Both the position numbers and the translations under genes were made by a program. From positions 1 through 64,000 of the forward strand of contig JBCCQQ010000005.1 of NCBI GenBank assembly GCA_039024555.1: 64,000 nucleotides of DNA. Direction: 5' to 3'. Origin of the DNA: Cyanobacteria bacterium P01_D01_bin.156. GTDB lineage: Bacteria > Cyanobacteriota > Cyanobacteriia > Phormidesmidales > Phormidesmidaceae. The number at the start of each line of letters is the position of its first letter. Position 1 is the stretch's first letter. The notes under the pieces were generated by a model. It searched no databases. It saw only the letters and a program-made list of their open reading frames with translations, and had not been told where the DNA came from. Below, piece after piece: positions 1 to 10,579 of this stretch.

Positions 1-174
1 ATGGATTCGAACCCATCATTCATCTGGTTGAGGGGACCTATGAGAAGGGCATTAAGGTACCGCCTGACGAGTTAGAACCGTACCAACAACAGTGGCAACG
101 ATCTGAGACATTACCCAAATGGGATATCAAAATTGTTCCAACCTGATGGGTATCTTATTTTTTAGCGAACCCCT
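1..174 (+). mobile_element. Right end of an ISAzo13-family insertion sequence (transposase C-terminus at 3..146 plus terminal repeat)
   Basis: Frame 3 reads GFEPIIHLVEGTYEKGIKVPPDELEPYQQQWQRSETLPKWDIKIVPT*, which resembles the DDE_Tnp_ISAZ013 C-terminus. It is followed by an end-like sequence GGTATCTTATTTTTTAGCGAACCCCT. Confidence 0.75.
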
Positions 175-175
175 T

Positions 176-379
176 ATGGAAGAATTGGCATTAGCGAGAG
201 ATATGGCGATAAGCTTGGGCGCTTCAATCACGGACAACGATGTTGGTTTTATTGCTTGCTTTGATTCTGAGGAAATAGCAAGCTCCTATGTGGAAAATGT
301 GAATGATACATGGGATGATGTTACGGCAGAAGATCAAGAAAAGTGCGCTGTTGTTGTGACAGTAGCTAGTCTTATGTAA
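176..379 (+). CDS. Small acidic hypothetical protein, possibly the 3' remnant of a gene interrupted by the IS
   Basis: Open frame directly after the IS end; no recognisable motif. Confidence 0.3.
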   Translation: MEELALARDMAISLGASITDNDVGFIACFDSEEIASSYVENVNDTWDDVTAEDQEKCAVVVTVASLM

Positions 380-667
380 CTGGACAGTGCGAAGTTTATC
401 TCCTCTTGGTCAAGTTCTTTCCTGTAGGAGTTCAGATAAGACCAAATGCCTTGCCCTACAAAGGGTATGCACGAATAGGAAATCTTTGAAGGAACTACCT
501 GATTGCCAGTTCAAGGTTGGTAGACAATGATTTTTAGTAAAACTATGACCTTTTGGTCGCTAGTTAATCTGGCTAAAATCAGGCTATTCTGCCAATCCTC
601 ACGAGGAATCAATGCATTCCTGGTATACCTCAAGATTTATCCGCAACAAGAACTTCGCACTGTCCAG
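380..667. mobile_element. 288-bp non-autonomous element (MITE)
   Basis: Perfect 17-bp terminal inverted repeats CTGGACAGTGCGAAGTT (380-396) / AACTTCGCACTGTCCAG (651-667). Perfect 8-bp flanking duplication TTATGTAA (372-379, 668-675). No long ORF inside. Confidence 0.85.
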
Positions 668-828
668 TTATGTAAATAGCATCAGGCAACTCATAACAAA
701 GCATACGAAGGAGCCTCTATAAGCAGCGAGATCGCACTCTAAACTTGCTGAAATGGCTAATGATCAGAGGGCTTAGGAGACTTAAAAAAGTGTTGGCGGG
801 CAGTGCCTACCTGGCTACGTTTACTGGG

Positions 829-1392
829 TTAAACATCAAAGCAAAATACTATCATTCGGCCTCGACGCTTCCAGTGTTTCTTGTCTTGAGGCATTGCTTT
901 TAAGGCATCGGCTTCTGATTTAAGAATGAATTGCATCTCTCCTGGAACGATAGTGCAATCGATGAATTCCCAAGAGCGGTCAATCCCAGCTGCCCGCTCT
1001 GCTTCAAAGTCAGTTAGGATTTCGCCGCATTTGATGGCACATCGGTGACGCAATATGGCTCTTTCCCAGGTTGCTGTGTAGTGGGGGTGTTTTTCGCTAT
1101 CTGCACCTAAACAGGTGGTTTGAAAAAATTTGGGTTGCTCGGTGGTGCCATGATTGAAGCCTAGAAATACGGTGACGACTTGAAAGTTACCGGCTGGGTC
1201 ATTGGCAACAAGTAAATTATTGCCGTCATTCATAAATGTGTGCCAGGTTGATTCGTCATTGCAGATGATAGGCTGCTGAGCTTGCAAGATATATCGCTGT
1301 AAATCTTTGGGATTATCTGACAATGCAGCCATAATCAGTGGTAGGGTGCGTGGCAACGCACCAACAACGTCATGCGCCATAAGGTTAGGCAT
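829..1392 (-). CDS. Hypothetical protein (true start probably downstream of the REP at ~1341-1362)
   Basis: 187-aa ORF with a VVTVFLGFNHG...PKFFQT...YTATWERA..RH motif. Confidence 0.55.
   Translation of the reverse strand: MPNLMAHDVVGALPRTLPLIMAALSDNPKDLQRYILQAQQPIICNDESTWHTFMNDGNNLLVANDPAGNFQVVTVFLGFNHGTTEQPKFFQTTCLGADSEKHPHYTATWERAILRHRCAIKCGEILTDFEAERAAGIDRSWEFIDCTIVPGEMQFILKSEADALKAMPQDKKHWKRRGRMIVFCFDV
1341..1362 (+). repeat. GTAG-type REP palindrome upstream of RAYT
   Basis: GTAG followed by the hairpin GGTGCGT-GGCA-ACGCACC. Confidence 0.75.
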
Positions 1393-1421
1393 TCTAGTCT
1401 AAATAATAAATCCAAATCAGG

Positions 1422-2073
1422 ATGCCTAACTACCGTCGTCCTTACATTCCTGGGGGTACATACTTTATCACTCAGGTTATGTATCAACGGGTGCCTTGGT
1501 TATGTCGTGATGTGGGACGTCAAGCACTCAGAGAAGCGATCATTACTGTCAAAAAGAGTCATCCATTTTCGGTGGATGCGATTGTTTTACTGCCGGAACA
1601 CTTTCATTGTTTGTTGACGCTACCTCCTGATGATGCGGATTTTTCAATTAGATTAAAGTTGATTAAAATCCATGTGACAAGGCATTATGGTTCGGTATTG
1701 AATATTAATTTGCCTGTTTCTCGATCACGACAAAAGCGAGGAGAACATAATCTTTGGCAACGACGGTATTGGGAACATTGGATTCGCGATGAGCGAGATT
1801 TTTCGACGCATTGTGATTATATTTAGCCGTTGCTGATTCAGAGCATATAGCGATCTGTCAATCCTGCTATGGAACGGTATTTTTCAGATAAACTCGTACC
1901 GAGGATCAGCAACGCCTATTTACCAAAATCCAGTACGTCATGGGTTGTGAGAGAAACCGCAGGATTGGAAGTATTCCAGTGTGCATCGATTTATTGCAGA
2001 GGGGATTTATCCTCCGAATTGGTGTCAAGAGGAGAGTCCGGTAGTTCCTCACGATGTTTGGGATAGGGTGTAG
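1422..2073 (+). pseudogene. REP-associated tyrosine transposase (RAYT, Y1 HUH), disrupted
   Basis: Shows MPNYRR..GGTYFIT, the HUH motif LPEHFHC and WQRRYWEHWIRDERD. The C-terminus YQNPVRHGL*EKPQDWKYSSVHRF..GIYP resumes at ~1921 after a 91-bp insertion and also contains an in-frame TGA. Confidence 0.9.
1826..1916. mobile_element. 91-bp MITE copy 1 (inside RAYT)
   Basis: Ends GCCGTTGCTGAT / ATCAGCAACGCC; flanked by TATTTA duplication (1820-1825, 1917-1922). Confidence 0.85.
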
Positions 2074-2161
2074 GGTGTGTGTAGCGAAGCGTAACGCACC
2101 GGGTTAGAGGATTTTGGAGTGGTTATAGCTCTTAGATGTGGCGCGTTGTCACGTCCCCTAC
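2070..2161. repeat. Inverted pair of GTAG-type REPs downstream of RAYT
   Basis: GTAGGGTGTGTGTAGCGAAGCGTAACGCACC (2070-2100) and, on the minus strand, GTAGGGGACGTGACAACGCGCC (2140-2161). Confidence 0.65.
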
Positions 2162-2168
2162 TGGCTCA

Positions 2169-5100
2169 TCACCTCCAATCACCTATTAAAACCCAAGTAG
2201 CCCAACTATTGGGATCAGGCCACTCTTCTATTGTTGCTAATTGTGCTAAACGGAGCGCTTCTAATTTTGTCATTTGTTGGGATGCTAATGATTCATAAAA
2301 TCTCGTCATGAGAAAGACTGTTCCTGCATCAGACACCTCTGATGCGCTTGCAATTACACGTCCAACGCCACTTTCAATCGAAGCACCAGCAAGTCCAAAT
2401 GGGTTACTTTTAGAATCTTCTGATGCTGCACAAGCGCTAAAAACTAGAAGATCAATGTTATCCCTAACATAATTACTATCTCTTAGAAACTCTATAAAAT
2501 CTTGAGCATAGAGAATTCCATCTGACGCAACCAGAAAGCCAGAACTGTAATCTTCCTGAAAAATACCATGAGTTGCTATGTGGACAATAGAACTTGGAAC
2601 TTCACTAAAAAACTGACGCAAAGAAGTTGTTGTAAAATCATTATTATAAAAAATATTAGAATTTGGCAAAAGGGCCTTAAGCGCACTTACCTCTTTTTCA
2701 ACGCCTAGGAGATTATCTAAGACTAACTGCCTCCCATCAAGATTATCAAATGATCTATCTTCAAAGCTAGAAATTGCAAAAATAGAAGCTGACAAGTCTG
2801 TTTCCTTTGGTGTGACAGCAGGCAAATATTGAAAATTTGGAAGTTGCGCTACTAAAAAATTCTCAATCAAATAAGTTCCTTCACTATCTTGTGCTGCAGC
2901 AAATGGTAAATGCCTTATATCTCCTAAAGAAGTAAAAATTAGTGTATCAACATAGGTTGGGAAATACTCTTCAACAGGTTTTATAAATAACTCATATATT
3001 AAAGGAGGAACTGGGTTTGATCTACCAACTTGTACTAGGCCGCCGGCCCGAGTACCTCCAGCAATAGCTCCTTGACTACTTTGGATTCTTATAATGTCTT
3101 CGGTTTTAGTCTCAGAACAATAAAATTTGATTTCGCCATCAGGGAAGCTGGCTATTACCGCAGTACTATTTTGCAAGACAATAGGATAAATAAATGCAGC
3201 TTTAGAGTCCCTTGAGTGTAGTTTTTCTAAATACCTCTTAAATGAATTGCCCTCCAATTCATTATCTATCTTGAAGGTTTGTATAGAATGTGTGAATTCA
3301 GCGCTTTCCATGCTTTTAAGAAATGCAAGCGCTGAAAAGACCTCTTCAGGCGATGCATTTTTACAGTTAGTGTTGGTGTTAATAAATTCTTTCTCAAAGA
3401 TAGATTGCTGAATAGTTTGTTCGGAAATATGCCTTTCTAAAGTAATCTTAATAGCCTCTTCAACGCTTTCTAAATCATCTTGAAGTTTACTCAAGCTATT
3501 AAAAGCATTTGCATAATGGGTTATGGATTCTGAATATAGTTTTTTTTGTCTAGCAATATCCCCCTTGACTGAAGAGGCATAAGCGACTAGAGCTTTCTCA
3601 TTTATTGATGGATTTTTAGAAAAAGCAAGCTTTTCAATTTCCTGAATTTCACGCTCTGCTTCTTGGCTATTGCCAAGTATCTCAAAGGCATAAGCTTTTT
3701 CTATGGTCAGTAGCTTTTTCTGGAGCTTTTTATCAGATATTTCAAAAGATAGCCCAACCTGTTCCCACACGCGGGATGATTGAGTACGAAATCCTTGCTC
3801 TAAGAGGATAGTTCCCATGTTGTTAAGCACAGATACCTGACCACTGACAGATTGAATATCCTCTAATTGGGCGGATGCTAATTCCAACGCTTGTTCAAAG
3901 AATTCAACTTGTCTTTTGGCTTCGTCAATTTCCTCTCTAGTGGCGGTTACGTTCTGTTCTGCTTCTGATAATCGGTTATTGGCCTCTGACAGATTTTTCT
4001 GAATTCCTTTGAATCGCTGATTTGCAGATTCTGCTTCTCGATTTGCTAGGTTTACTGCTCGGTTTGCGATCTCTGCTTTTTTGGAGGCTTCAGCTAATTC
4101 TTGGCGTTTTTCTTCTTGTTCTTGACGTGCTAGTTGTAAATCCTCATCTAGCTGTTTTTTTTCTTGAGTCAGTTTTTGTTTCTGATTTGCTAATTCATCC
4201 AACTCTTTCTGTGATTCTTTGATAAGAATAGAAGATTCTTCAATACGCTGCCTAGCAGCTCTTAATGCCTTTCCTGAAAAGATTGCAACACCTCCTAAAA
4301 CTGTAGAAAGTACCAAAGCCCCACTCAAAAATAGAGTACCACGACGTATTTTTTGCTGAGCTTGCTGATTAGCTTCTGCCTGAATCTGCTCTGCTGACTC
4401 CGCTGCCTCTCGGGCTGTCCGCTCCCATTCAAGTTCAGCTTCTTGCTCCCGTGCAGAAATTTCCTCTTCCCGAAGTTGGGTCCGACTAGCCGCCAGAAAC
4501 TCACGATCCTCCCCACTGAGGTTGATTTTCTCAGACGCCCATTCCTCAGCCTCTATCAGTGCTCTTCCCCGCAACAAACGAGAACTATCCGCCTTCCCAG
4601 ACACAACCCAGGCCCTAAAACTTTCTGCATAGGGTCGTAACTTCCTCAGCTCAGCATCAATCCAGGCTTCATCAAAAATAGCCCTATAGATCGGGTTATA
4701 CACCCGTAACTTGTTGCCTCGCTTCACCACCAAACCCGACAACTGTAACTCTCGTTCTTCAGGCTGATTGCTCGCCGCAATCTCTTCCGCCTGTCGAATC
4801 TGCCGATACAGCTCCAGCAAATACCCTGCTTTCCGCTCATCATCCAACAACCGTTGCCGAATCGTCTTTAAATGCTCCTGATGATCCTGAGTCTCCCAAC
4901 TATCAATCAGCCGTGCATTTACCAACCCATCAATCGCAACCGCTTTCCCACCTGCCGCAATCACCTCATCTGAGTCCACCACCAACTGACATAACCGCTG
5001 CGTCAAAAACGGCTGCCCCCCCGTCCATCGCAATATCTCTTGCAAAACCGTCTCTGGCTGCTCTGCTTTCCCCTGCAAACCAGCCGCTAGGGGCAACGCT

Positions 5101-5744
5101 TCCTCAAATGTAAACCCCTTTAAATCAATGCTTTCACCAACATTAAACGGAGTCCGCTTCGCATCCCCAATTAACTCCGACGGAGCCGCCACCCCCAACA
5201 ACGCAAAGGTCAGTTTCTGATAAGCAGGATTCTCCGCCCGTTTGTTATAACACCCCCGAATCAGCGCAAAAAAGTCATCAGTGAACGGCAAACTGAGGGT
5301 ACTATCAATTTCATCAATAAAAACAACAATCGGCTTCCCAATCCCTGGCAACAGAACAGTATCAATAAACTCTGCCAACCGCTCTACTGGAGCAATAAAA
5401 TCTCGCTCCTTTAGCCAGTTCCGAAACGCCTGCCGCTCCAGTAACCCAAACCGGCGATTTAACTGATTAATAATGCCGTCATACCATTGACCTGGCTTAT
5501 CAACCTGACTATCCTTCGCCGAAAAATCAATAATAATCCCAGCCCAACCATCTGCCTGTAGTTTAGCCAGGGTTCTCACCATCAGGCTGGTCTTCCCCAT
5601 CTGCCGAGAGTTCAGCACATAGCAAAACTCCCCCGCCTGCAGCGCCTCATACAGCTCAGTATCACTTTCCCGCGCTACATAGGACGGCACATCCTGCGGT
5701 AACGCCCCACCAACCTTATAAAACGGGGAATATGAACTACTCAT
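2169..5744 (-). CDS. AAA_35 (STAND-like P-loop NTPase) - TM helix - coiled coil - TPR-like helices - CHAT caspase-like protease
   Basis: N-terminus has YVARESD, Walker [10 protein letters not shown], Walker [16 protein letters not shown] and [10 protein letters not shown]. Middle has the hydrophobic span [20 protein letters not shown] and an E/Q/K heptad region. CHAT motifs are LPFAA, VHIATHG (His), LLVFSAC (Cys), VSDAGT..LMTRFY and [18 protein letters not shown]. Confidence 0.9.
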   Translation of the reverse strand: MSSSYSPFYKVGGALPQDVPSYVARESDTELYEALQAGEFCYVLNSRQMGKTSLMVRTLAKLQADGWAGIIIDFSAKDSQVDKPGQWYDGIINQLNRRFGLLERQAFRNWLKERDFIAPVERLAEFIDTVLLPGIGKPIVVFIDEIDSTLSLPFTDDFFALIRGCYNKRAENPAYQKLTFALLGVAAPSELIGDAKRTPFNVGESIDLKGFTFEEALPLAAGLQGKAEQPETVLQEILRWTGGQPFLTQRLCQLVVDSDEVIAAGGKAVAIDGLVNARLIDSWETQDHQEHLKTIRQRLLDDERKAGYLLELYRQIRQAEEIAASNQPEERELQLSGLVVKRGNKLRVYNPIYRAIFDEAWIDAELRKLRPYAESFRAWVVSGKADSSRLLRGRALIEAEEWASEKINLSGEDREFLAASRTQLREEEISAREQEAELEWERTAREAAESAEQIQAEANQQAQQKIRRGTLFLSGALVLSTVLGGVAIFSGKALRAARQRIEESSILIKESQKELDELANQKQKLTQEKKQLDEDLQLARQEQEEKRQELAEASKKAEIANRAVNLANREAESANQRFKGIQKNLSEANNRLSEAEQNVTATREEIDEAKRQVEFFEQALELASAQLEDIQSVSGQVSVLNNMGTILLEQGFRTQSSRVWEQVGLSFEISDKKLQKKLLTIEKAYAFEILGNSQEAEREIQEIEKLAFSKNPSINEKALVAYASSVKGDIARQKKLYSESITHYANAFNSLSKLQDDLESVEEAIKITLERHISEQTIQQSIFEKEFINTNTNCKNASPEEVFSALAFLKSMESAEFTHSIQTFKIDNELEGNSFKRYLEKLHSRDSKAAFIYPIVLQNSTAVIASFPDGEIKFYCSETKTEDIIRIQSSQGAIAGGTRAGGLVQVGRSNPVPPLIYELFIKPVEEYFPTYVDTLIFTSLGDIRHLPFAAAQDSEGTYLIENFLVAQLPNFQYLPAVTPKETDLSASIFAISSFEDRSFDNLDGRQLVLDNLLGVEKEVSALKALLPNSNIFYNNDFTTTSLRQFFSEVPSSIVHIATHGIFQEDYSSGFLVASDGILYAQDFIEFLRDSNYVRDNIDLLVFSACAASEDSKSNPFGLAGASIESGVGRVIASASEVSDAGTVFLMTRFYESLASQQMTKLEALRLAQLATIEEWPDPNSWATWVLIGDWR

Positions 5745-7282
5745 ACCGCCATCCTCAACCGCGAACGAAAATAAGGCCGATACAGAGGTTCATGACGCAG
5801 TATCACTCCATTACCCTGCAGATTCACCAACCCCATGCCATTGAGTTTAAAAGCCAGCATCGACTTCAGCTCCACCGGATGCTCAGACACAATCACTTGC
5901 TCAAATGCCTGGGCTAGCTCCGGGTGCTGCTGCAAATTCCACAGGTGCCGCCGCAAATGCTCCCCGTAAATCCCAGAATCCGTAGGCGCTTCTTTCAGCA
6001 ATTCTTCCAGCGTCAAATCCTGTTGCGCAATGTGATACAGCGCCAATCGCACCAGATAGGGATGTCCCCCCACCATAGCCATCAGGTCATCCACATCCGC
6101 TGCTGTCCAATTCAACCCATGCTTTTCCACCAGCTCCAACACCTGAGTCGCCGTAAACTCCGGTAGCTCCACCGCCAGACCCACATTAAACGGCGACACA
6201 TTGCTTTCTAAAACAATGTAAGACTCTGTCGAATGGGCAATGGCCAGCTTCAACTTGGCCCATGTAGCATCCACCTTCGCTTTCTCATTCCAGGACCGTA
6301 GCAGGGTTAAAAATTCCTTAGAGACTGTTTCATAGGGAAACAGACGATCTAATTCATCCAGACCCAAAAATAAGGATGTGTCAATCTTGGAGAGAATGTG
6401 CTCTTCAAAGTAGTCAGAGCAGTTTTCCTTCGGACCAAACAACTCCTCATCCCAAAACTCAGTTACCTTGCGGGGCGAGAACCCTAACTTTTTACTCACC
6501 AGCGCACACAGACGTTTCAAAAACAGGCTGGAGTCGGTAAACGTGCGCTCGTCTGTTTCTAAAAAATCTAGCGTCACCGTTCGATAGTTCAGTTCATCCG
6601 CCCGGTCTCGAATGCGAGCCAACAGTGACGTTTTACCCATCTGTCGCGGAGCCTTCACCCGCACCAGTCCGCCGCGATTTTCAATTTCTTGCAGACAACG
6701 GGTATCCCACGGTTCTCGCCGGATATAAAACGCAGACTCCAGCGGCATAGTGCCACCCGGCAGCTCCAGATCCGCCACAGGCAAAGGAGGACGCTGGTGT
6801 GCGGGAGGCGTCACTTCCTGCGGTTCATCATTTTCCACCGCTGCAGGTATCTGCCCAGAGCCAATTAGCGTCAGCATATTTTCCACCAGCTCGGGCGTAT
6901 CCGCAGACGTTTGCCACGACTTCTGTTGAATGGTCTGTAAAATGCTTCTCAACTCATAGTTAAGCGGGTCATCCAGGGGCAAGTTAAGTCGAATCGGCAA
7001 TATGGCAGGCTTACCCAGCTGATCCTTCAGTCGCTTAGCTGTGCGCACCTCCCCCGCCACCATGTCACTAGTCGCCGAGCGCTCCGACAGCAGCAGCACA
7101 AAGTAATCACACCGCTTCAGTTCTTGATCGATGCGGTCTACCCAGTTCTCGCCCCAGTCAAGACTTTCCGCCGCCATAAACACGGAATGCCCAGCAGTCG
7201 TCAAAGCTTGGTGCAATTCCTTAGCCAGATTCAAATCCGGTTCTGTAGTGCGATAGCTGATAAAAATCTGCCGCTTGACCAT
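5741..7282 (-). CDS. TIR domain - AAA_35 NTPase protein
   Basis: TIR part: IFISY..., [38 protein letters not shown]_35 part: [45 protein letters not shown]. Its stop overlaps the next start (ATGA). Confidence 0.9.
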   Translation of the reverse strand: MVKRQIFISYRTTEPDLNLAKELHQALTTAGHSVFMAAESLDWGENWVDRIDQELKRCDYFVLLLSERSATSDMVAGEVRTAKRLKDQLGKPAILPIRLNLPLDDPLNYELRSILQTIQQKSWQTSADTPELVENMLTLIGSGQIPAAVENDEPQEVTPPAHQRPPLPVADLELPGGTMPLESAFYIRREPWDTRCLQEIENRGGLVRVKAPRQMGKTSLLARIRDRADELNYRTVTLDFLETDERTFTDSSLFLKRLCALVSKKLGFSPRKVTEFWDEELFGPKENCSDYFEEHILSKIDTSLFLGLDELDRLFPYETVSKEFLTLLRSWNEKAKVDATWAKLKLAIAHSTESYIVLESNVSPFNVGLAVELPEFTATQVLELVEKHGLNWTAADVDDLMAMVGGHPYLVRLALYHIAQQDLTLEELLKEAPTDSGIYGEHLRRHLWNLQQHPELAQAFEQVIVSEHPVELKSMLAFKLNGMGLVNLQGNGVILRHEPLYRPYFRSRLRMAV

Positions 7283-7422
7283 AGGAGGGGGCTAGAACTT
7301 AGAAATAGCTTAGCTCTTCATGCTACAGCCCTAAGCAAGGGAAATACCCTTTTTTAAAGGATAAATTTGATTTTAGCTGTGAGAAATAACTTACTTACCC
7401 ACTTCCCTATGAAGCATATTTC

Positions 7423-8052
7423 TTACAAACTCCTCAGCCACTCCCTAAATTCCCTCACCAGCTCCAAATAATCTGTCTCCATCGCCCGCTGCAAAAACGT
7501 CTCTACAGCTTGAGCTTCTATCTGAGGAAACGCCAAACTGCGCTCCACCCGAACATAAGCCCCATCCTGCAACACCATTAACGTCAGACTTTGGCCATTA
7601 AACCGCCAAATTTCCGGTATCTTCAATGCACCATAGACCTGCTCCCGCTGCCGTGATCGGCTGGTAATATCAACTTCCACCACCAAATCTGGAGCTGGGT
7701 CTTGAGTTAAATCTATACGCTTTTTCCCACGTACTGCCGTTACCTTACTCACTGTCAGATAGAAACACTCATCCGGTTCCGAGCCGCTTTCTAAATCTTC
7801 TCGTTCTAACGTGGTTGACCCCAATGGATAAAGTGTTACTACAAATTCTTCTGCCAGAGTCTCTACAAAGCGACCCATTACTTTTTTAAAGTACTTATGC
7901 TCTGGCGAAGGAGCCATGATTTCCAGCACTCCTCGATGATATGTGAGCCTTAGGTTACGGTTGTCTAGTTCAGCCTTAATACGCTGATATGTGTCCCAAG
8001 TAATACCTGAGAGATTTACTCGCTGTTCTAGCTGTGGTGGTGCGCTAACCAT
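7423..8052 (-). CDS. Uma2 family putative restriction endonuclease
   Basis: ITWDTY, LEIMAPSPEH, EPDECFY, PDLVVEVDITS, YGALKIPEIWRF. Confidence 0.9.
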   Translation of the reverse strand: MVSAPPQLEQRVNLSGITWDTYQRIKAELDNRNLRLTYHRGVLEIMAPSPEHKYFKKVMGRFVETLAEEFVVTLYPLGSTTLEREDLESGSEPDECFYLTVSKVTAVRGKKRIDLTQDPAPDLVVEVDITSRSRQREQVYGALKIPEIWRFNGQSLTLMVLQDGAYVRVERSLAFPQIEAQAVETFLQRAMETDYLELVREFREWLRSL

Positions 8053-8176
8053 TAAATTTCCCGCCTATTGTGTCTTTCAGCTTCTTAAGTTTTGGACATA
8101 GTGAGAAAGCAACCTTCGAACTCGATTCTATTTGATAGGATGCTGCTCTAGCGAAACTGTAACAGTCCATAGGAAA

Positions 8177-9706
8177 TTATTTTTCAATGCGGGTAAAGCG
8201 TTCAATAGGTAACGGTTGAGCCATGGCTTTTTGGTAAGTGGCCTCCATGGCGGGCATCAGGCGTTCTGCCTGGCGATAGAGTTCTGCCCGTTCTGGTTCA
8301 TATTCCACTAGCAGGTCCTGTAATTCGCCCAGCAATGCTGATTCATCCACAGTCAGTACAGCGCCATCTTCCACCACCAGTTGACCATTGATAAACACCT
8401 TACGAATCGATGCTCCATGCTCGGCATAGACTAGGTGAATGGGCAAATCGCCGCGAGGGATAAAGCTTGTAGTATTGAGATCGTAGAGAACACAGTCGGC
8501 CTTAAACCCTGGCGCGATCGCACCTACCTGATCTTGCAACAGCGCTGACCGAGCCCCCCCATAGGTGCCCCACTTCAACACATCTCGAGCGCGGGGGTAG
8601 CGAGAATAATCAGGATGGGTAACAGAATGCACCTGTCCCGCCATCTTCAGAACATCAAACATATTGAAAGAATCATTAGAACTCATGCCATCGGACCCCA
8701 ATGCAATGTTCACACCCGCATCCATTAGCTGACGAATCGGGGCAATGCCGCTGCACAGACGGTGATTACTAACCACGTTATGGATTACAGTGGCTCCAGC
8801 CTCGGCAATCATCTCCACATCACGATCTGTTAACCAGATGCCATGGGCAATGGCGGTACGGTGAGTGAGAATGCCGTGTTTTTTGCCATAGCTCACCACT
8901 GACTCGCCAGGACCATAAAACTCAGGCCCCGTTACCGCCTGGGTTTTAGTTTCCAACATATGGGTGTGGATAGGAATATCGAGAGATTCTGACAGGTCTC
9001 CGATCTGATGCATTAAATCCGGCGTTACCCGTTGGGGTGCCGAGGGGGCCAAAGCAAGGGTCATCAGCCCTTCCTTACCGTGCCAATCGGCATAGAACGA
9101 TTTGAACATGGAGACCCAGGTGTCATCATCCAGCCCTGTTAGGGCATCGAGATCCTGGCGCACGTCGTCAGGCAAAAAGTCTTCCAGGTAGGGGATAGTT
9201 TTGTACAGGGGCAGATTGATCACATGGTGGGTGAGACTCACCCGGAGGCCAATGTCTATATAGGCCTGGGCCACCGCTGCAAAAATCTCTGGGGTAATGT
9301 AGGGCAGTTCAATCAGGTCATCCTGGATGGTGGTGGCACCGGACTTAACCATTTCCAACGCGCCCAGCATCGTACGCAGATAACACATGCGCGGACTGAG
9401 GTGCTTCTTCTTGAATGGAGGATAGGAATACAGCATCCAGGCTTCAAGCGGTAGCGCCTCGTAGCGCCCTTTCTCTAAAATCTCAACAGAATGGGCGTGG
9501 GCATTAACAAAACCAGGTATTAGCAAATGATCGTGGGCATCAATGATCTGCATGGGCTCTGGACCCAGGTCAATGTGATCGGCCACCTCAACAATCTGAT
9601 CGCCCACAATTAGCACATCTTGTACGCGCGTTTGTAAATCCAACGCCCCATCACTCAAGGTAAAGGGCATTACAGTCGCTTGTTTAATCAGATATCGGGT
9701 CGTCAT
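8177..9706 (-). CDS. Metal-dependent amidohydrolase (Atz/TriA/MTA-SAH deaminase-like)
   Basis: PGFVNAHAHS, IHTHMLET, AHGIWL, LGSDG, GAIAPGFKADCVL. Confidence 0.9.
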   Translation of the reverse strand: MTTRYLIKQATVMPFTLSDGALDLQTRVQDVLIVGDQIVEVADHIDLGPEPMQIIDAHDHLLIPGFVNAHAHSVEILEKGRYEALPLEAWMLYSYPPFKKKHLSPRMCYLRTMLGALEMVKSGATTIQDDLIELPYITPEIFAAVAQAYIDIGLRVSLTHHVINLPLYKTIPYLEDFLPDDVRQDLDALTGLDDDTWVSMFKSFYADWHGKEGLMTLALAPSAPQRVTPDLMHQIGDLSESLDIPIHTHMLETKTQAVTGPEFYGPGESVVSYGKKHGILTHRTAIAHGIWLTDRDVEMIAEAGATVIHNVVSNHRLCSGIAPIRQLMDAGVNIALGSDGMSSNDSFNMFDVLKMAGQVHSVTHPDYSRYPRARDVLKWGTYGGARSALLQDQVGAIAPGFKADCVLYDLNTTSFIPRGDLPIHLVYAEHGASIRKVFINGQLVVEDGAVLTVDESALLGELQDLLVEYEPERAELYRQAERLMPAMEATYQKAMAQPLPIERFTRIEK

Positions 9707-9756
9707 GGTAGATGTTTGGTTAATGTTTAGGGCGGGCACGGCCTGCCGGATTGTTA

Positions 9757-10575
9757 TTAACGAGATCGAGTTGGTCTATTCAACAGCGTAGGAATCAACA
9801 ATAATTCCACCCCCACCAACAAAAATATAGAGATCAAAAACACCAGGGTCCCCATGGCATTCAGAGACGGCGACAGGTTAGATCCTAAAAAGTTGTAGAT
9901 AGACACGGGCAGCGTCGGTTCAAACCCCGACACGAACCAGGCAATAACAAACTCATCAAAGGAGAAGGTAAACGCTAATAAAAACGCACCAGCAATCCCC
10001 GGAATCGACCAGGGTAAAACCACTCGCCAGAGGGCCTGCCATTCCGTTGCGCCTAAATTCCAGGCAGCTTGCTCAATGGCCTTAGGCATCTGCATGAGAC
10101 GTAGGGTAATAAGCGCGATCGCAGTGGGTAACAAAATCACCACATGGGTAATCAAAATACTATAGAGCTGTCCCTGCAGATTTACCCGAGACAACAACCC
10201 TAGAAACGCCACCCCCAAAATGAGCGGCGGCACTAAAATTGGCACAATCAACAAAATAGTCAGGGCCTGCTTACCAGGAAAATCAAAGCGATTCAGGGCA
10301 TAGGCCGCAAAGAAACCCAGGATGGTGGCAATGGCAGCCGCAAAGGGCGATACCAACAGACTCGCTTTTAGAGCCTGAATCAGGGTGCCATCGGTAAACA
10401 GTTCCTGATACCAGCTCCAGGTCCACCCCGTCCAGGGCAGGGTGGGAAAGCGAGAATTTTCAAAAGAAAAGATGACCAGGGTAAGAATCGGCAGCATGAG
10501 CAAACCGTAGCCCAGGATGAGATAAATCCAGCCGCCGAACGTTAGCACCCGAGTTGTCCAGGATTTAGCCACCAT
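9757..10575 (-). CDS. ABC transporter permease (PotC-like)
   Basis: TM helices; EQAAWNLGA EAA loop; FTFSFDEF..; TLPV.IY. Confidence 0.9.
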   Translation of the reverse strand: MVAKSWTTRVLTFGGWIYLILGYGLLMLPILTLVIFSFENSRFPTLPWTGWTWSWYQELFTDGTLIQALKASLLVSPFAAAIATILGFFAAYALNRFDFPGKQALTILLIVPILVPPLILGVAFLGLLSRVNLQGQLYSILITHVVILLPTAIALITLRLMQMPKAIEQAAWNLGATEWQALWRVVLPWSIPGIAGAFLLAFTFSFDEFVIAWFVSGFEPTLPVSIYNFLGSNLSPSLNAMGTLVFLISIFLLVGVELLLIPTLLNRPTRSR

Positions 10576-10579
10576 GCCC

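Noticed and set aside
1869..2066. 65-aa ORF after RAYT
   Set aside because: It starts inside the MITE and overlaps the RAYT C-terminus in another frame.
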